Notes under the pieces: generated by a model | Databases searched by the model: none | Told to the model about the DNA's origin: nothing | What the model saw: the letters and a program-made list of their open reading frames with translations, nothing else | In this document: positions 17,953 to 26,475 of the stretch, piece after piece | Position numbering within the stretch: the first letter of the stretch is position 1 | Layout of the letters: each line of letters starts with the position of its first letter | Made by a program: the position numbers and the translations under genes | Virus record (IMG/VR): IMGVR_UViG_3300022177_000075 | Location: 1 to 27,658 of that record | DNA length: 27,658 nucleotides | Reading direction: 5' to 3' (one strand) | Source of the DNA: a virus | Lineage: Duplodnaviria; Caudoviricetes

Positions 17953-19314
17953 CTACGGCTCCGTTTCTGTGGAAACAATTTTCACCGGGGTGCCGCCGGT
18001 CATGGTTGCCCATCGTTCCAGGGTGACTGCCACATAACCGGGATCCAGCTCCACCATCAAGCACTTGCGCGCGAGCATTTCACAGGCAATCAAAGTTGTG
18101 CCGCTTCCGCCGAATGGTTCAAACACCGGCTCGCCACGACGGGAATACAGCAGCAAATGCCGCATGGGTAATTCCAGGGGGAAGGCAGCTACATGATGAT
18201 TGGCGCTGGCTGTGCCCTTGATGTCATCCCAGTAAGAACGCAATGCCCACTTTTGCCCGGTGCGCTCTTGTCCGCGATTCTCGCCGTCTCGGTTGTAGAA
18301 GGTTTCCAGCACCTGCACATCCTGTTCATCGAAACTGTCATAGGGCAATGGGATGCCATTGTCATTTTCAAATGAGCCGATGAACTCACAATGTTGATCA
18401 ATCAAGTCGGTCTTTGCCGCGGTGGACTGCAGTTGACCTTCCTTCAACCAGTGCCGCACGTGCCGTAGATTCCAACCCAGTTTGAAGAACTCATTTGCCC
18501 ATTTATCAATCAACAAAAGAACCTGGCGCTTCTTGCGTTTATCAAATGAGGTTGTGAACCCCGTGCCCGTATTAATTACAATCCGGCTTTCATCGGTGCG
18601 TGTCATTTGATGGATGGTCAGGGCGATGGATTGAATGAATGCTTCAATCTCTTCGATGGATTTTTGGGTTTCGTAATCTTTCCCAACCCAGTAAGGCGGT
18701 GAAGTGAAAGTAAGAGCTGCCAGCCCCTGCATACCCAGGGCGTCCTTGACTGCTATCTGGTTTGTACTGTCTCCACAATAAATCAGGTGGTCGCCCAGCT
18801 GCCACACATCCCCAGGCTGCACATCCCACTTGGCTCGTAGCTCATCTGCCTGGTCAAGTTGTGCCCCTGGGTCTACCAGCAATTGATCCGCGCGTTCCCC
18901 AATCAAATCGCGCAGCTCTTTTTCTGTGAAACCGGTAAACAAATCCTCCAGACTCCCGGTCAAATCTGCCAGGGCGTCCGGGTCCCACTTGCTCAACTCT
19001 CCGACACGATTGTCCGCTATGCCAAATGCAGCCGCGGTCATTGGGTCGTCTTCAACAAACACACAGGCGATGTGAGTCCATTTCAACCGCTTGGCTGCCT
19101 GGTAGGTGCCATTGCCAGCCTCAATCTTGTTGCCCTGGGCACGATTCACGACCAGCGGCTTGCGTTGACCATAAGCCTTCAGGCTTGCTGCAATCCGATC
19201 CACCGCATGATCCACACGTGCATTTGCCGGGTCTTCATGCAACTCCTCAATTGGAACTGCCAGGGACCGTAAACTTTCAGCTATGTAAGAAAGGTCTGCT
19301 TTGTTTGTTTCCAA
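17953..19314 (-). CDS. ParB-like N-domain + beta-class DNA methyltransferase (SPPY; probably m4C)
   Basis: FTSPPYW, HVAAFPLELP, FEPFGGSGTT. Confidence 0.92.
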   Translation of the reverse strand: METNKADLSYIAESLRSLAVPIEELHEDPANARVDHAVDRIAASLKAYGQRKPLVVNRAQGNKIEAGNGTYQAAKRLKWTHIACVFVEDDPMTAAAFGIADNRVGELSKWDPDALADLTGSLEDLFTGFTEKELRDLIGERADQLLVDPGAQLDQADELRAKWDVQPGDVWQLGDHLIYCGDSTNQIAVKDALGMQGLAALTFTSPPYWVGKDYETQKSIEEIEAFIQSIALTIHQMTRTDESRIVINTGTGFTTSFDKRKKRQVLLLIDKWANEFFKLGWNLRHVRHWLKEGQLQSTAAKTDLIDQHCEFIGSFENDNGIPLPYDSFDEQDVQVLETFYNRDGENRGQERTGQKWALRSYWDDIKGTASANHHVAAFPLELPMRHLLLYSRRGEPVFEPFGGSGTTLIACEMLARKCLMVELDPGYVAVTLERWATMTGGTPVKIVSTETEP

Positions 19315-19780
19315 CTTTTACGATTCCTCCAAATAACATCTGCTCGAGTTCGCTATCAACATCCGGGACTTCCGCTTTGACTCTCGACCGGCTGGATGGC
19401 GTCATGCCAAACTCGGTAGCGATTTTGTTCATCTGTTCCAGCGATCGATTTGCAATCGAGAGATACGGATTCTGGATAATATTCCCGTTGACGGTCTTAA
19501 TAACCTCGCCTTTCTCGCGCACAATCTTTTCAGCTTTTTCCCAGCGCGCAAACAGCACACAGTAGGCCGCCAGCGAATCAATGTCGATGGAAGTCAACAA
19601 ACCCAGCGGATACAGCTCCTTCACCAGGGTTCGCCATTTTTTGCGCTCTACCTCCGACAAATGCGCCGGCGGCCGCGGCATCACTTTCTTTGGCGTCGGC
19701 TCCGAATGATTGAAAGCACGATGACCTGGATTGCCTGCCAGCTTTTTCAGCGCGGTTGGAGTTGGTTTTCGCCCTCGCAT
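19277..19780 (-). CDS. terS: Terminase small subunit, P27 family (copy adjacent to HNH/cos)
   Basis: MRGRKPTPTALKKLAGNPG...QNPYLSIA...EFGMTPSSRSR. Confidence 0.93.
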   Translation of the reverse strand: MRGRKPTPTALKKLAGNPGHRAFNHSEPTPKKVMPRPPAHLSEVERKKWRTLVKELYPLGLLTSIDIDSLAAYCVLFARWEKAEKIVREKGEVIKTVNGNIIQNPYLSIANRSLEQMNKIATEFGMTPSSRSRVKAEVPDVDSELEQMLFGGIVKVGNKQSRPFLHS

Positions 19781-19875
19781 TTCTGACCACCCCCCTGCCT
19801 AATTTCGCGGGTGTGAACGCAAGACTACCCCGGCCGGTCTACCGCCCCTTAGGTTGAAGTTTTTTACCCCCCCTC
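19781..19875. other. Probable cos/packaging-initiation region
   Basis: G-run...AGACCGGCCGGGG...CGCGAAATT...GGGGGGT between HNH and terS, the usual cos location in HK97-like phages; cut site not determinable. Confidence 0.4.
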
Positions 19876-20234
19876 CCCGCATGCGACCAGCCACCGCCGT
19901 CCTGTTCATTTGTTTTTTTGTTGTGACACCGGGTGCATAAGGATTGAAGGTTCTTTTCGTCATTCGTTCCACCTTTTCGTAAGGGTTTGATGTGATCAAC
20001 CAGGCTTGCCATGACGAGCTGTCCTGGATGCAATGAGTAAGGATCAACGCAATACGGATGCTCAGCCAGGTGCTGCTTGCGGATCCTTTGCCACTCAACA
20101 TCGTAGCCGCGTGCTGCTGCGCTGGGTCGCCTGTCAACAGGGCGGGGGAGCCGGTGCTGTTCACACCGACTCCCATCGTATACAAGGTTCGGACACCCTG
20201 GCACAGCGCAAGGGCGAGGCGGTCGTTTAGGCAT
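19839..20234 (-). CDS. Terminase-associated HNH endonuclease (HK97 gp74-like)
   Basis: CAVPGC, RGYD..W, VDHIKP..GG....NLQSLC..CHNKKT. Confidence 0.93.
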   Translation of the reverse strand: MPKRPPRPCAVPGCPNLVYDGSRCEQHRLPRPVDRRPSAAARGYDVEWQRIRKQHLAEHPYCVDPYSLHPGQLVMASLVDHIKPLRKGGTNDEKNLQSLCTRCHNKKTNEQDGGGWSHAGRGGKKLQPKGR

Positions 20235-20646
20235 TCAGCTGAGAGTGCGAGAATGCAGTGATCTTCAGCACGCGTACAAAGAAATCATGGGCAGCCTTGG
20301 AATCAACAATCTGGATGATGTATCCAAAGACCAGCGCACCGAACTTGGCGACCTCGATAATGGCGGCGTCCACAGCAGTGATGTTCACCTGGGGCATGAA
20401 CTTCATCACGAAAGCCACGGTGACCAGGGAGAGCAGATTCAAACCAGCCGACCACTTGCCGGCATTGCCGTCAGTGACAACCCCAAGCCACTTGAGGATG
20501 TCGATCACCAGCGCCCACAACATGGGCAGACCGACCAGGGCTGCAATGACGGTGAGAATCTGTTCCACGGTGAGGTTGGCAGTGTAGCCAAACAGGCCAG
20601 CCACAGCCGCACCAATAATCAGTAAAAACGAAGTGTTCTTTTTCAC
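20227..20646 (-). CDS. Multi-TM membrane protein, holin-like
   Basis: AAAGGAG RBS, GTG start, 3-4 hydrophobic segments, IDILKWLGVV motif. Confidence 0.6.
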   Translation of the reverse strand: MKKNTSFLLIIGAAVAGLFGYTANLTVEQILTVIAALVGLPMLWALVIDILKWLGVVTDGNAGKWSAGLNLLSLVTVAFVMKFMPQVNITAVDAAIIEVAKFGALVFGYIIQIVDSKAAHDFFVRVLKITAFSHSQLNA

Positions 20647-20680
20647 AACAAACTCCTTTGAATAATGATGGAAGTGGAGG

Positions 20681-20757
20681 AAATAAAAAACACCCGACGC
20701 ATAATCGCGTCGGGTGCATCATTTCCCAACAGTGCCCCAGGTCTACACCAGGGCTGC
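20681..20757 (-). promoter_or_regulatory. Late leader RNA element copy 2: hairpin plus intrinsic terminator
   Basis: GCAGCCCTGG TGTAGA CCTGGGGC..GGAAATGATG CACCCGACGC GATTAT GCGTCGGGTG TTTTTTATTT. Confidence 0.8.
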
Positions 20758-20811
20758 CAATAATATAAAAGAGGTGGTTATTTGATTATTTCATAATCCT
20801 CCTTTGCAATG

Positions 20812-20817
20812 ATTATA
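20812..20817 (-). promoter_or_regulatory. -10 box upstream of the packaging unit
   Basis: TATAAT 55 nt upstream of leader copy 2; no consensus -35. Confidence 0.5.
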
Positions 20818-20824
20818 CATCACG

Positions 20825-21094
20825 CTACGAGACCCTGCTCAGCAAAGCCTGCATGCCGTCCTCACCGATGATCCAGTCTCGTGTGCGTCCGCAAATCGTG
20901 CAGCGGATTGCATCCATGCTGCCGATCACCTTTCCTCGAAGCTCGGGTATATCTGCCGGCAGTTCATTAAAATAAACCGACCGTTCATATAGCATCAGTG
21001 CCCGGACTGTGCGACCATTCACTACAATACTTTTAATTTCACCCATCACATGAGCATGTTCACAAATCCAAAAGCGACGCTCATTTGCCGGCAT
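20825..21094 (-). CDS. Putative zinc-ribbon protein (89 aa), candidate late regulator
   Basis: GGAGTG RBS; CEHAH and IRCTICG; last early gene before the late promoter. Confidence 0.6.
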   Translation of the reverse strand: MPANERRFWICEHAHVMGEIKSIVVNGRTVRALMLYERSVYFNELPADIPELRGKVIGSMDAIRCTICGRTRDWIIGEDGMQALLSRVS

Positions 21095-21106
21095 ATTTCA
21101 CTCCAA

Positions 21107-21577
21107 TCATGCATTCAACAACTTGACAGTTGACTTTGACCAATCAGGCAGCATGGCTGTCAGATCGTTCACGTCCAGTTCTGCCGCAGTCATCGGCATA
21201 CCGCCATTGCCTGGCAGTTCGAGAAAACCAAACAGCGCAGCTGGTGTTGTCCCAGCCGCCGTCAATAATGCCTTAATAAATCCAACTGCAATTCTGCCCA
21301 TCTGATAGCGTGATTGTTCTTCAGCGCTGCGTCGTTTACCACCTATGGAATAAACCTTACCCGGATTGTGGCATTCCAAAGGGGTGAACAGGAATCGGTA
21401 AGACTTGCCATCCCACATAAAACGGATCATCCAGGCATACTTACCTTCTGTCTGCCCGGTCATTGTGTTGACCGCTGTCGCTCCGAACCGCTCCAGCATT
21501 TCCACAATTTCACCCTGTGATACAGCCGGGTGCACTGTGGTTTGCCAGTAATTCAAATCTTCAGCATACCTTGACAT
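21107..21577 (-). CDS. Hypothetical protein (start MSRYAEDL)
   Basis: GGGGTG RBS before ATG 21577. Confidence 0.75.
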   Translation of the reverse strand: MSRYAEDLNYWQTTVHPAVSQGEIVEMLERFGATAVNTMTGQTEGKYAWMIRFMWDGKSYRFLFTPLECHNPGKVYSIGGKRRSAEEQSRYQMGRIAVGFIKALLTAAGTTPAALFGFLELPGNGGMPMTAAELDVNDLTAMLPDWSKSTVKLLNA

Positions 21578-21591
21578 GATTTCACCCCTTC

Positions 21592-21825
21592 TCATAATCC
21601 ATCCCATCCAACTTCTTTTGTTGGAGGAGCCGCCAACCGCCCCCATGCCCGGCAAACATGGTGTTTCCAATCGTCGTTTTCACGAGTCCATATCTTGGCT
21701 CCGCATCGCTTACAAACGCACCGGCAATCCGCATAAATTCGGCCACACAATACGCACCTTCGCCCATAACTATTGTCACTGCCAAGTACATTCTTACGTG
21801 CCCGCACTACTGGTTTTTCGCTCAT
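21592..21825 (-). CDS. Cys-rich hypothetical protein
   Basis: CxxC...CxCxCxxC; fills the gap in the operon. Confidence 0.55.
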   Translation of the reverse strand: MSEKPVVRARKNVLGSDNSYGRRCVLCGRIYADCRCVCKRCGAKIWTRENDDWKHHVCRAWGRLAAPPTKEVGWDGL

Positions 21826-21841
21826 CGCTTGTTAACCCCAA

Positions 21842-22630
21842 TTAGTGGTTCAAAAATTCCATGTATTGGCTGTTTCTTTCGAGCCAGCTTTTTTCTTTGG
21901 GTGCATCTTCGGCTTTCATTTCCCAGTTGTGCTGGATCCGATAAATTGCCATCCGAATGTTGGGAGCCGTGCGGCAGTGATAATCCACCAGGGCAGGGGT
22001 AACATGATCCAGTTTTGACAGGTTGGTGCGGGTTGGTTCCCAAATGCCGTAACGGTCCAGGCAATCCAAAACTTCCTGCTGATTTTTTGAAATCGGCGTA
22101 CTAGCTAGTAGTTCTAAATCTTTAGATTCTAGATTTAAGTTAGTAGTACTACTAGCTAGAGTCGCAGGTCGCAAATTTTGCGACCTAGCTCTGAATTTTT
22201 GCGACCTGGCACCATTTTGTGGCGTTTTTGTAGAATTAGGTCGCATTTTTTGCGACCTAATTTCTCTTTCACCATTTATAGGATCGTTTGCGACGTCCAT
22301 AGCTCGCAAATTTTGCGACCTAAATTCAGCATCAATCACGTTTTCGCACTCCGGTTCTTCTTCCCCGTCGTCCAGTTCAATCGCCATCAAGGGCAGTTGC
22401 TGCACGCCGTCAGCAATTTGATAGGTATAGCGTGCCGTCTGAATCACCATCCCATAATCAGCCAGCAGCGCCATGCTATCGCTGATGGTGTTCTGGCTGT
22501 AGCGAGTATGCCGGCGAATGTATTCCATTGCCAGAGGTTTACGCTCGATCATCAACAAAACTAAGATGGTGATGGGAGCGCCGCGCAGGGCGCTCACCAT
22601 TGATGCAGTTAGCATGGTTCTAGTTTTCAT
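21842..22630 (-). CDS. Replication initiator (wHTH N-terminus, origin inside gene)
   Basis: HTH-like N-terminus; RSQNLR-type repeats encoded by DNA iterons; downstream of ssb. Confidence 0.75.
   Translation of the reverse strand: MKTRTMLTASMVSALRGAPITILVLLMIERKPLAMEYIRRHTRYSQNTISDSMALLADYGMVIQTARYTYQIADGVQQLPLMAIELDDGEEEPECENVIDAEFRSQNLRAMDVANDPINGEREIRSQKMRPNSTKTPQNGARSQKFRARSQNLRPATLASSTTNLNLESKDLELLASTPISKNQQEVLDCLDRYGIWEPTRTNLSKLDHVTPALVDYHCRTAPNIRMAIYRIQHNWEMKAEDAPKEKSWLERNSQYMEFLNH
22099..22321. repeat. Replication origin: four 21-bp semi-palindromic iterons plus AT-rich region
   Basis: AGGTCGCAAATTTTGCGACCT variants at 22166, 22187, 22238, 22301; AT-rich tract bounded by the 12-bp inverted repeat CTAGCTAGTAGT (22101-22112/22148-22159). 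Confidence 0.85.
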
Positions 22631-23010
22631 GAAAGCCTCAATGTTTGTTGATATCCTGTACCGAATGCTTGCCGCGCGGCTTTATCCATTGCAGTCATGG
22701 TCTCTTGCATGTCGCTGATTTTCGCTTGATACTCAGCCTGCCGAAACTCGTCATATTCCGCTAAATTGCTGGCCAGATAATACCCGCCGTTGTCACCTGG
22801 CACCGAACAAATCAAGTGCCCGTCGCGTCGCAGGTCTCGGATCACGATTCGCACTTGCCGCTCGTTGGTGTGGATCCCGATGCTGTTCAATGCGGCCACA
22901 AGCGCCATGCGCCCGATCGCCCGTGGTTTTCCGATGTGGTAACTGACAATCCGCAAAATGCCGCGCTCAATTCCTGGAGGCATGTTGTCAATATACTTTT
23001 GATAATCCAT
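22627..23010 (-). CDS. Winged-helix DNA-binding protein
   Basis: ERQVRIVIRDLRRDGHLICS....GGYY motif. Confidence 0.75.
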   Translation of the reverse strand: MDYQKYIDNMPPGIERGILRIVSYHIGKPRAIGRMALVAALNSIGIHTNERQVRIVIRDLRRDGHLICSVPGDNGGYYLASNLAEYDEFRQAEYQAKISDMQETMTAMDKAARQAFGTGYQQTLRLS

Positions 23011-23021
23011 CGTTCACCTCG

Positions 23022-23426
23022 CTAAAATGGAATATTGTCATCAGAAGTGAAATCATCTTGATGGGAATGTTCGCTACTCTCTTCTTTCCCGTCCAGAAAC
23101 CGCACCAGGTTGGCGGTCACTTCATAACTGGCTGCCATTGTGCCATCTTGCCGTTTCCACAATCGGGGTGAGCCATTGTCACCGGGGCGCAGCCGGCCTT
23201 CGATGAAAACCTTCGATCCTTTGTGTAGATAGGTGTTGCAGGCCTCTGCGGTATTCCCAAAAACGCTGATGGCAAACCAGGTTGTTTCACTGGATTGTCC
23301 CCCATCATTTCCATTGAACTTGCGGTTGGTGGCCACGCTGAACTGGGTCACCGGTGTGCCGTCGGGCATGTAGCGCATGGTGGGGTCCCGCCCTAAAAAG
23401 CCTATCAATTGAATTTTTTGAAACAT
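23022..23426 (-). CDS. ssb: Single-stranded DNA-binding protein
   Basis: LIGFLGRDP, FSVAT, KGSKVFIEGRL, acidic DDNIPF tail. Confidence 0.97.
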   Translation of the reverse strand: MFQKIQLIGFLGRDPTMRYMPDGTPVTQFSVATNRKFNGNDGGQSSETTWFAISVFGNTAEACNTYLHKGSKVFIEGRLRPGDNGSPRLWKRQDGTMAASYEVTANLVRFLDGKEESSEHSHQDDFTSDDNIPF

Positions 23427-23441
23427 AGTTCTTGCTCCTTT

Positions 23442-24029
23442 CTATTTCTCAGGGCAGAATGAGAAGCCCATCAACCTTTGAAATTCATTCCAGTATCGGT
23501 TGCCTGGAATAACCCGATCCATGACGATGATGGTCTTCGCCACCCAGGCATCACAATAAGGACAATGTGGGTTGGCATGACCACCATTCCACTTCTTTCC
23601 ATTGAAATCCCTTCGGCATTTCCAACATTGGAAAACGGTTTCTTGATTGGAATAATCCACGTTCGGGTCAAATCGATAAGGTTGCTTGCGTGTATCAACC
23701 GTATTGGGAGTGCTGAAATCGAACATGCCAATTTGATAATATTTTTTGGGAGAGAAAATCTTCTCAACAAAAATTTCGTCGCCGCTATCGGAGAACCACC
23801 GGTTTCCATCCTGGTGTATATGATTGATGCAGCCCTCCCGGTTGTTCTTTAGCGCAACTCCGAATGATGCCACCGGATACGGCCAGATCGTGACATGGTC
23901 ATAATTGGCTTCGAAGCTTGTCCACCACCAGTATTCTCCCCAGATTGATTCCACCTCATAGGGTCCAGTACCATAGCTGGTTTTTAATATGTCACCTATT
24001 GAAATTCCTAATGCTTCATGAATTTCCAT
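23442..24029 (-). CDS. Hypothetical protein with C-terminal zinc ribbon
   Basis: GAGG RBS; CWKC...CPYC. Confidence 0.75.
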   Translation of the reverse strand: MEIHEALGISIGDILKTSYGTGPYEVESIWGEYWWWTSFEANYDHVTIWPYPVASFGVALKNNREGCINHIHQDGNRWFSDSGDEIFVEKIFSPKKYYQIGMFDFSTPNTVDTRKQPYRFDPNVDYSNQETVFQCWKCRRDFNGKKWNGGHANPHCPYCDAWVAKTIIVMDRVIPGNRYWNEFQRLMGFSFCPEK

Positions 24030-24050
24030 AATTGCCTCCTCGAAAATGAA

Positions 24051-24284
24051 CTATGTCCCTTTCGGGGACACATAGGTACCGTTAGACCTTGAGGAAGTCA
24101 AGCCATTGATCGCCTTGAGCTTTCCGGGGTATGCAATCAGGATAGCTTTGTGAACCTGATTGTTTTGATTGATTTTGAATTTCCACAAAGGTTCTTCCAG
24201 GATGATGACATGGGTGGTCTTTCCAGTCCTGTGGTTCACAATTCTGCCAACCACCTGGTCATTCAAATCAGATTGGTCTGCCAT
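24051..24284 (-). CDS. Hypothetical protein (start MADQ)
   Basis: GGAAAGGG RBS before ATG 24284. Confidence 0.6.
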   Translation of the reverse strand: MADQSDLNDQVVGRIVNHRTGKTTHVIILEEPLWKFKINQNNQVHKAILIAYPGKLKAINGLTSSRSNGTYVSPKGT

Positions 24285-24299
24285 AATCGCCCTTTCCAA

Positions 24300-24333
24300 T
24301 CCGGTACACATAATTGCTATTATGTGTACCGGA
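24300..24333. repeat. 34-bp inverted repeat, lox-like (13+8+13)
   Basis: TCCGGTACACATA-ATTGCTAT-TATGTGTACCGGA in intergenic DNA. Confidence 0.7.
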
Positions 24334-24340
24334 ATATTTT

Positions 24341-24631
24341 TTAGTCTTGCGCACTCTCGTTGACCAATTCCATGTAACTAATCAGTAATTTGTCACGAAG
24401 TTCAGTGATGGTTTTTAAATTGCCCTCCAGCTCTGCAATGCGAGCGGTTTGTGCATCCTCAATTGGACGATTATTGACTGCTTTAATCGCCGCCTCTTCA
24501 GAGAAAAATTCTTGCCTTCTTGAGACGAGACAAATTCCATTCGGCTTGTGCGAAAGATAATAAGTCTCGTGAATGGTCTTGGTTATTTCAAAAGACTCGC
24601 CACAATAAGCACACGGTTTCAATTCATCCAT
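24341..24631 (-). CDS. Lar-like (restriction alleviation-type) zinc protein
   Basis: MDELKPCAYCG...EEAAIKAVNNR pattern. Confidence 0.6.
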   Translation of the reverse strand: MDELKPCAYCGESFEITKTIHETYYLSHKPNGICLVSRRQEFFSEEAAIKAVNNRPIEDAQTARIAELEGNLKTITELRDKLLISYMELVNESAQD

Positions 24632-24645
24632 ATTTCACCCTTTCC

Positions 24646-25668
24646 CTACAATCCCAATAACTGCGTCACGGTTGCCCAGTGACGGTCTGTCTGACCTTCC
24701 AGCGTGTGCAGGTAGATCTGCGTGGTGTTCACGTTGCGGTGCGCCAGCGTGTCTCTGATCTCTTCCAGGTCGGCTCCTGCCTGCTTGCGAAGCATCGCCC
24801 CGCTGTGGCGCAACATGTGCACGTGGATCTGCGTGGCGTCCAACCCGGCGCGCCTGGCATATCCTTTCAGCCGGCGATTGACCTCTTTGATGGAAATGGG
24901 CTGCTTTGGATCCCAGTTGCAGGCTGCCGGCAGGCGGCTTGCCATGTCGGTCAGTGGGATGAAAATAGCGTCTTCCGGCTTGAGATGTGTTCGCCCTGCA
25001 GCAGCCAGGTAATCCATGACTGCTTTCCACACCGGCGGCGGCAGCTCGTGCTTGGCGTCGGTCACCCGCTTGCCAGACCAGCGATAAAAAACCTTCTTGC
25101 CGTTGCGTTCAAAATCTCCCCAGCGTATGGTTCTCCACTCGCTGTTGCGCCTGGCGGTCATCACATAGCCGTAGAACAGGGCGAAGTCCTGCAGCGCCCG
25201 AACATTGTCGCGCTTGCCAATTGCGGTGAACAGTGCTTTCAACTCGCTGGCGGTCAGGTAGCGCGACCGGCTGAACATATCTATTCTGGGGCGGATCGCT
25301 GCACCGTCTGCGGGATTGATCAGGCACAATGACGTTTCCGTGCCGTCTTCATTTAGTTGGGTGTAATCTCTGGAAGCAAATCGGAAGAGAGAAGAAACCG
25401 CCGCCAGTTTGAGCTGAATGGATGCGTCGCTCAGTCCGTTCTCGCGCATGCTGCCAACCCAGCGGCTAACGTCCGTTCGCCCAATGCACCACACCGGCTT
25501 ATTACAGAAAATCAGCAGGTCGTTGATTGCCCGGGTGTATGCCTGGCGTGTGTTCTCGGCTCTGCGGCTTTCCAACCATAATCGAAAAGCTTCTTCCCAA
25601 CGCGATTCCATCATGCTACTCTGGATGGTGTGAATCTGCGCCAAAGCCAAAACTTCGCCGGCAATCAT
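24646..25668 (-). CDS. Tyrosine recombinase (340 aa)
   Basis: SAM-like N-domain; catalytic R (ARRNSE), K (SGKR), HMLRH, LAH, TQIY. Confidence 0.95.
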   Translation of the reverse strand: MIAGEVLALAQIHTIQSSMMESRWEEAFRLWLESRRAENTRQAYTRAINDLLIFCNKPVWCIGRTDVSRWVGSMRENGLSDASIQLKLAAVSSLFRFASRDYTQLNEDGTETSLCLINPADGAAIRPRIDMFSRSRYLTASELKALFTAIGKRDNVRALQDFALFYGYVMTARRNSEWRTIRWGDFERNGKKVFYRWSGKRVTDAKHELPPPVWKAVMDYLAAAGRTHLKPEDAIFIPLTDMASRLPAACNWDPKQPISIKEVNRRLKGYARRAGLDATQIHVHMLRHSGAMLRKQAGADLEEIRDTLAHRNVNTTQIYLHTLEGQTDRHWATVTQLLGL

Positions 25669-25901
25669 GGCTGTACCTCGCTCATGACGGCTAGCACTTC
25701 TTTGTCCGCGGCATCCAACTTACCAATAATTTCATCGATGTGGGTCTTCAGCCACTGGTAGCCAAATTGCTTGATGACCAGTCCATACACGTATTGCCGT
25801 CCGGGTTTGTTGGGTTTGCCTGCACTGCGCTTCTGCCACCACACAATGCAGCTTTTCTTATATTCAATGAGAGCATGCTGCCAGAATTCTTCCGTGGTCA
25901 T
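25665..25901 (-). CDS. Hypothetical protein
   Basis: ATGA-coupled at both ends. Confidence 0.75.
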   Translation of the reverse strand: MTTEEFWQHALIEYKKSCIVWWQKRSAGKPNKPGRQYVYGLVIKQFGYQWLKTHIDEIIGKLDAADKEVLAVMSEVQP

Positions 25902-26368
25902 ATTCCCCCCTGGGACCCGAAAACCTGATCACGGCATTCCTGCAGTGCGCCGATGATGCTGTCCACCATGTGCGCGTTGGAGATGTTCCAGGCGATTGTC
26001 TGCTGGCTGTTTTTCAACGAGAAGACAATCTCTTTGTCTTTCATCTCAATATCGATGCTGTGGCCTGAACTGAAGTCCGCTACTCCCACAAATTTGCCGG
26101 TCAGGAGGGTAGGACGTTTAGTCTGTTTGACCGTTTCCGGTTGATTGACCAGGTCAAAGAACATCTTTCTAGTCAGCCGGTCAATTTCCAACCTGGCCAC
26201 GCGGATCACGCCTTCCTGGTAGGTAATCTGGTTGCGCAAGATGGATGATGCTGCCTCTGAGGATGACATTTGCAGCAGCTTGTTGTGATCTGCAATGATG
26301 CCCCTGGCAGTCTCGATGATTTCATATTGCTTAATTACATCTATGGTCGCGTTGTCACTCATTTTCAT
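25898..26368 (-). CDS. Hypothetical protein
   Basis: GGAGGT RBS, 156 aa, coupled to the next gene. Confidence 0.75.
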   Translation of the reverse strand: MKMSDNATIDVIKQYEIIETARGIIADHNKLLQMSSSEAASSILRNQITYQEGVIRVARLEIDRLTRKMFFDLVNQPETVKQTKRPTLLTGKFVGVADFSSGHSIDIEMKDKEIVFSLKNSQQTIAWNISNAHMVDSIIGALQECRDQVFGSQGGI

Positions 26369-26450
26369 ACCTCCAGGCCTCTTCCCATCCGTTCCAGATG
26401 ATTTCCATCAGGGTGCGGATAAGGGCATAAACAATAAGGATCAGTTTCAT
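26355..26450 (-). CDS. 31-aa hydrophobic peptide MKLILIVYALIRTLMEIIWNGWEEAWRYENE
   Basis: GGAGGAG RBS before ATG 26450; overlaps the next start. Confidence 0.55.
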   Translation of the reverse strand: MKLILIVYALIRTLMEIIWNGWEEAWRYENE

Positions 26451-26475
26451 TGGCTCCTCCGGTTTGGTTTTATGT

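Noticed and set aside
19799-20185. 128-aa alternative minus-strand ORF over HNH
   Set aside because: Overlaps a clear HNH gene in another frame; no motif support
22166-22321. CRISPR-like mini-array
   Set aside because: Repeats are 21 bp with irregular spacing (0, 30, 42 bp), in frame within a replication gene, and no cas genes are present; iterons explain them
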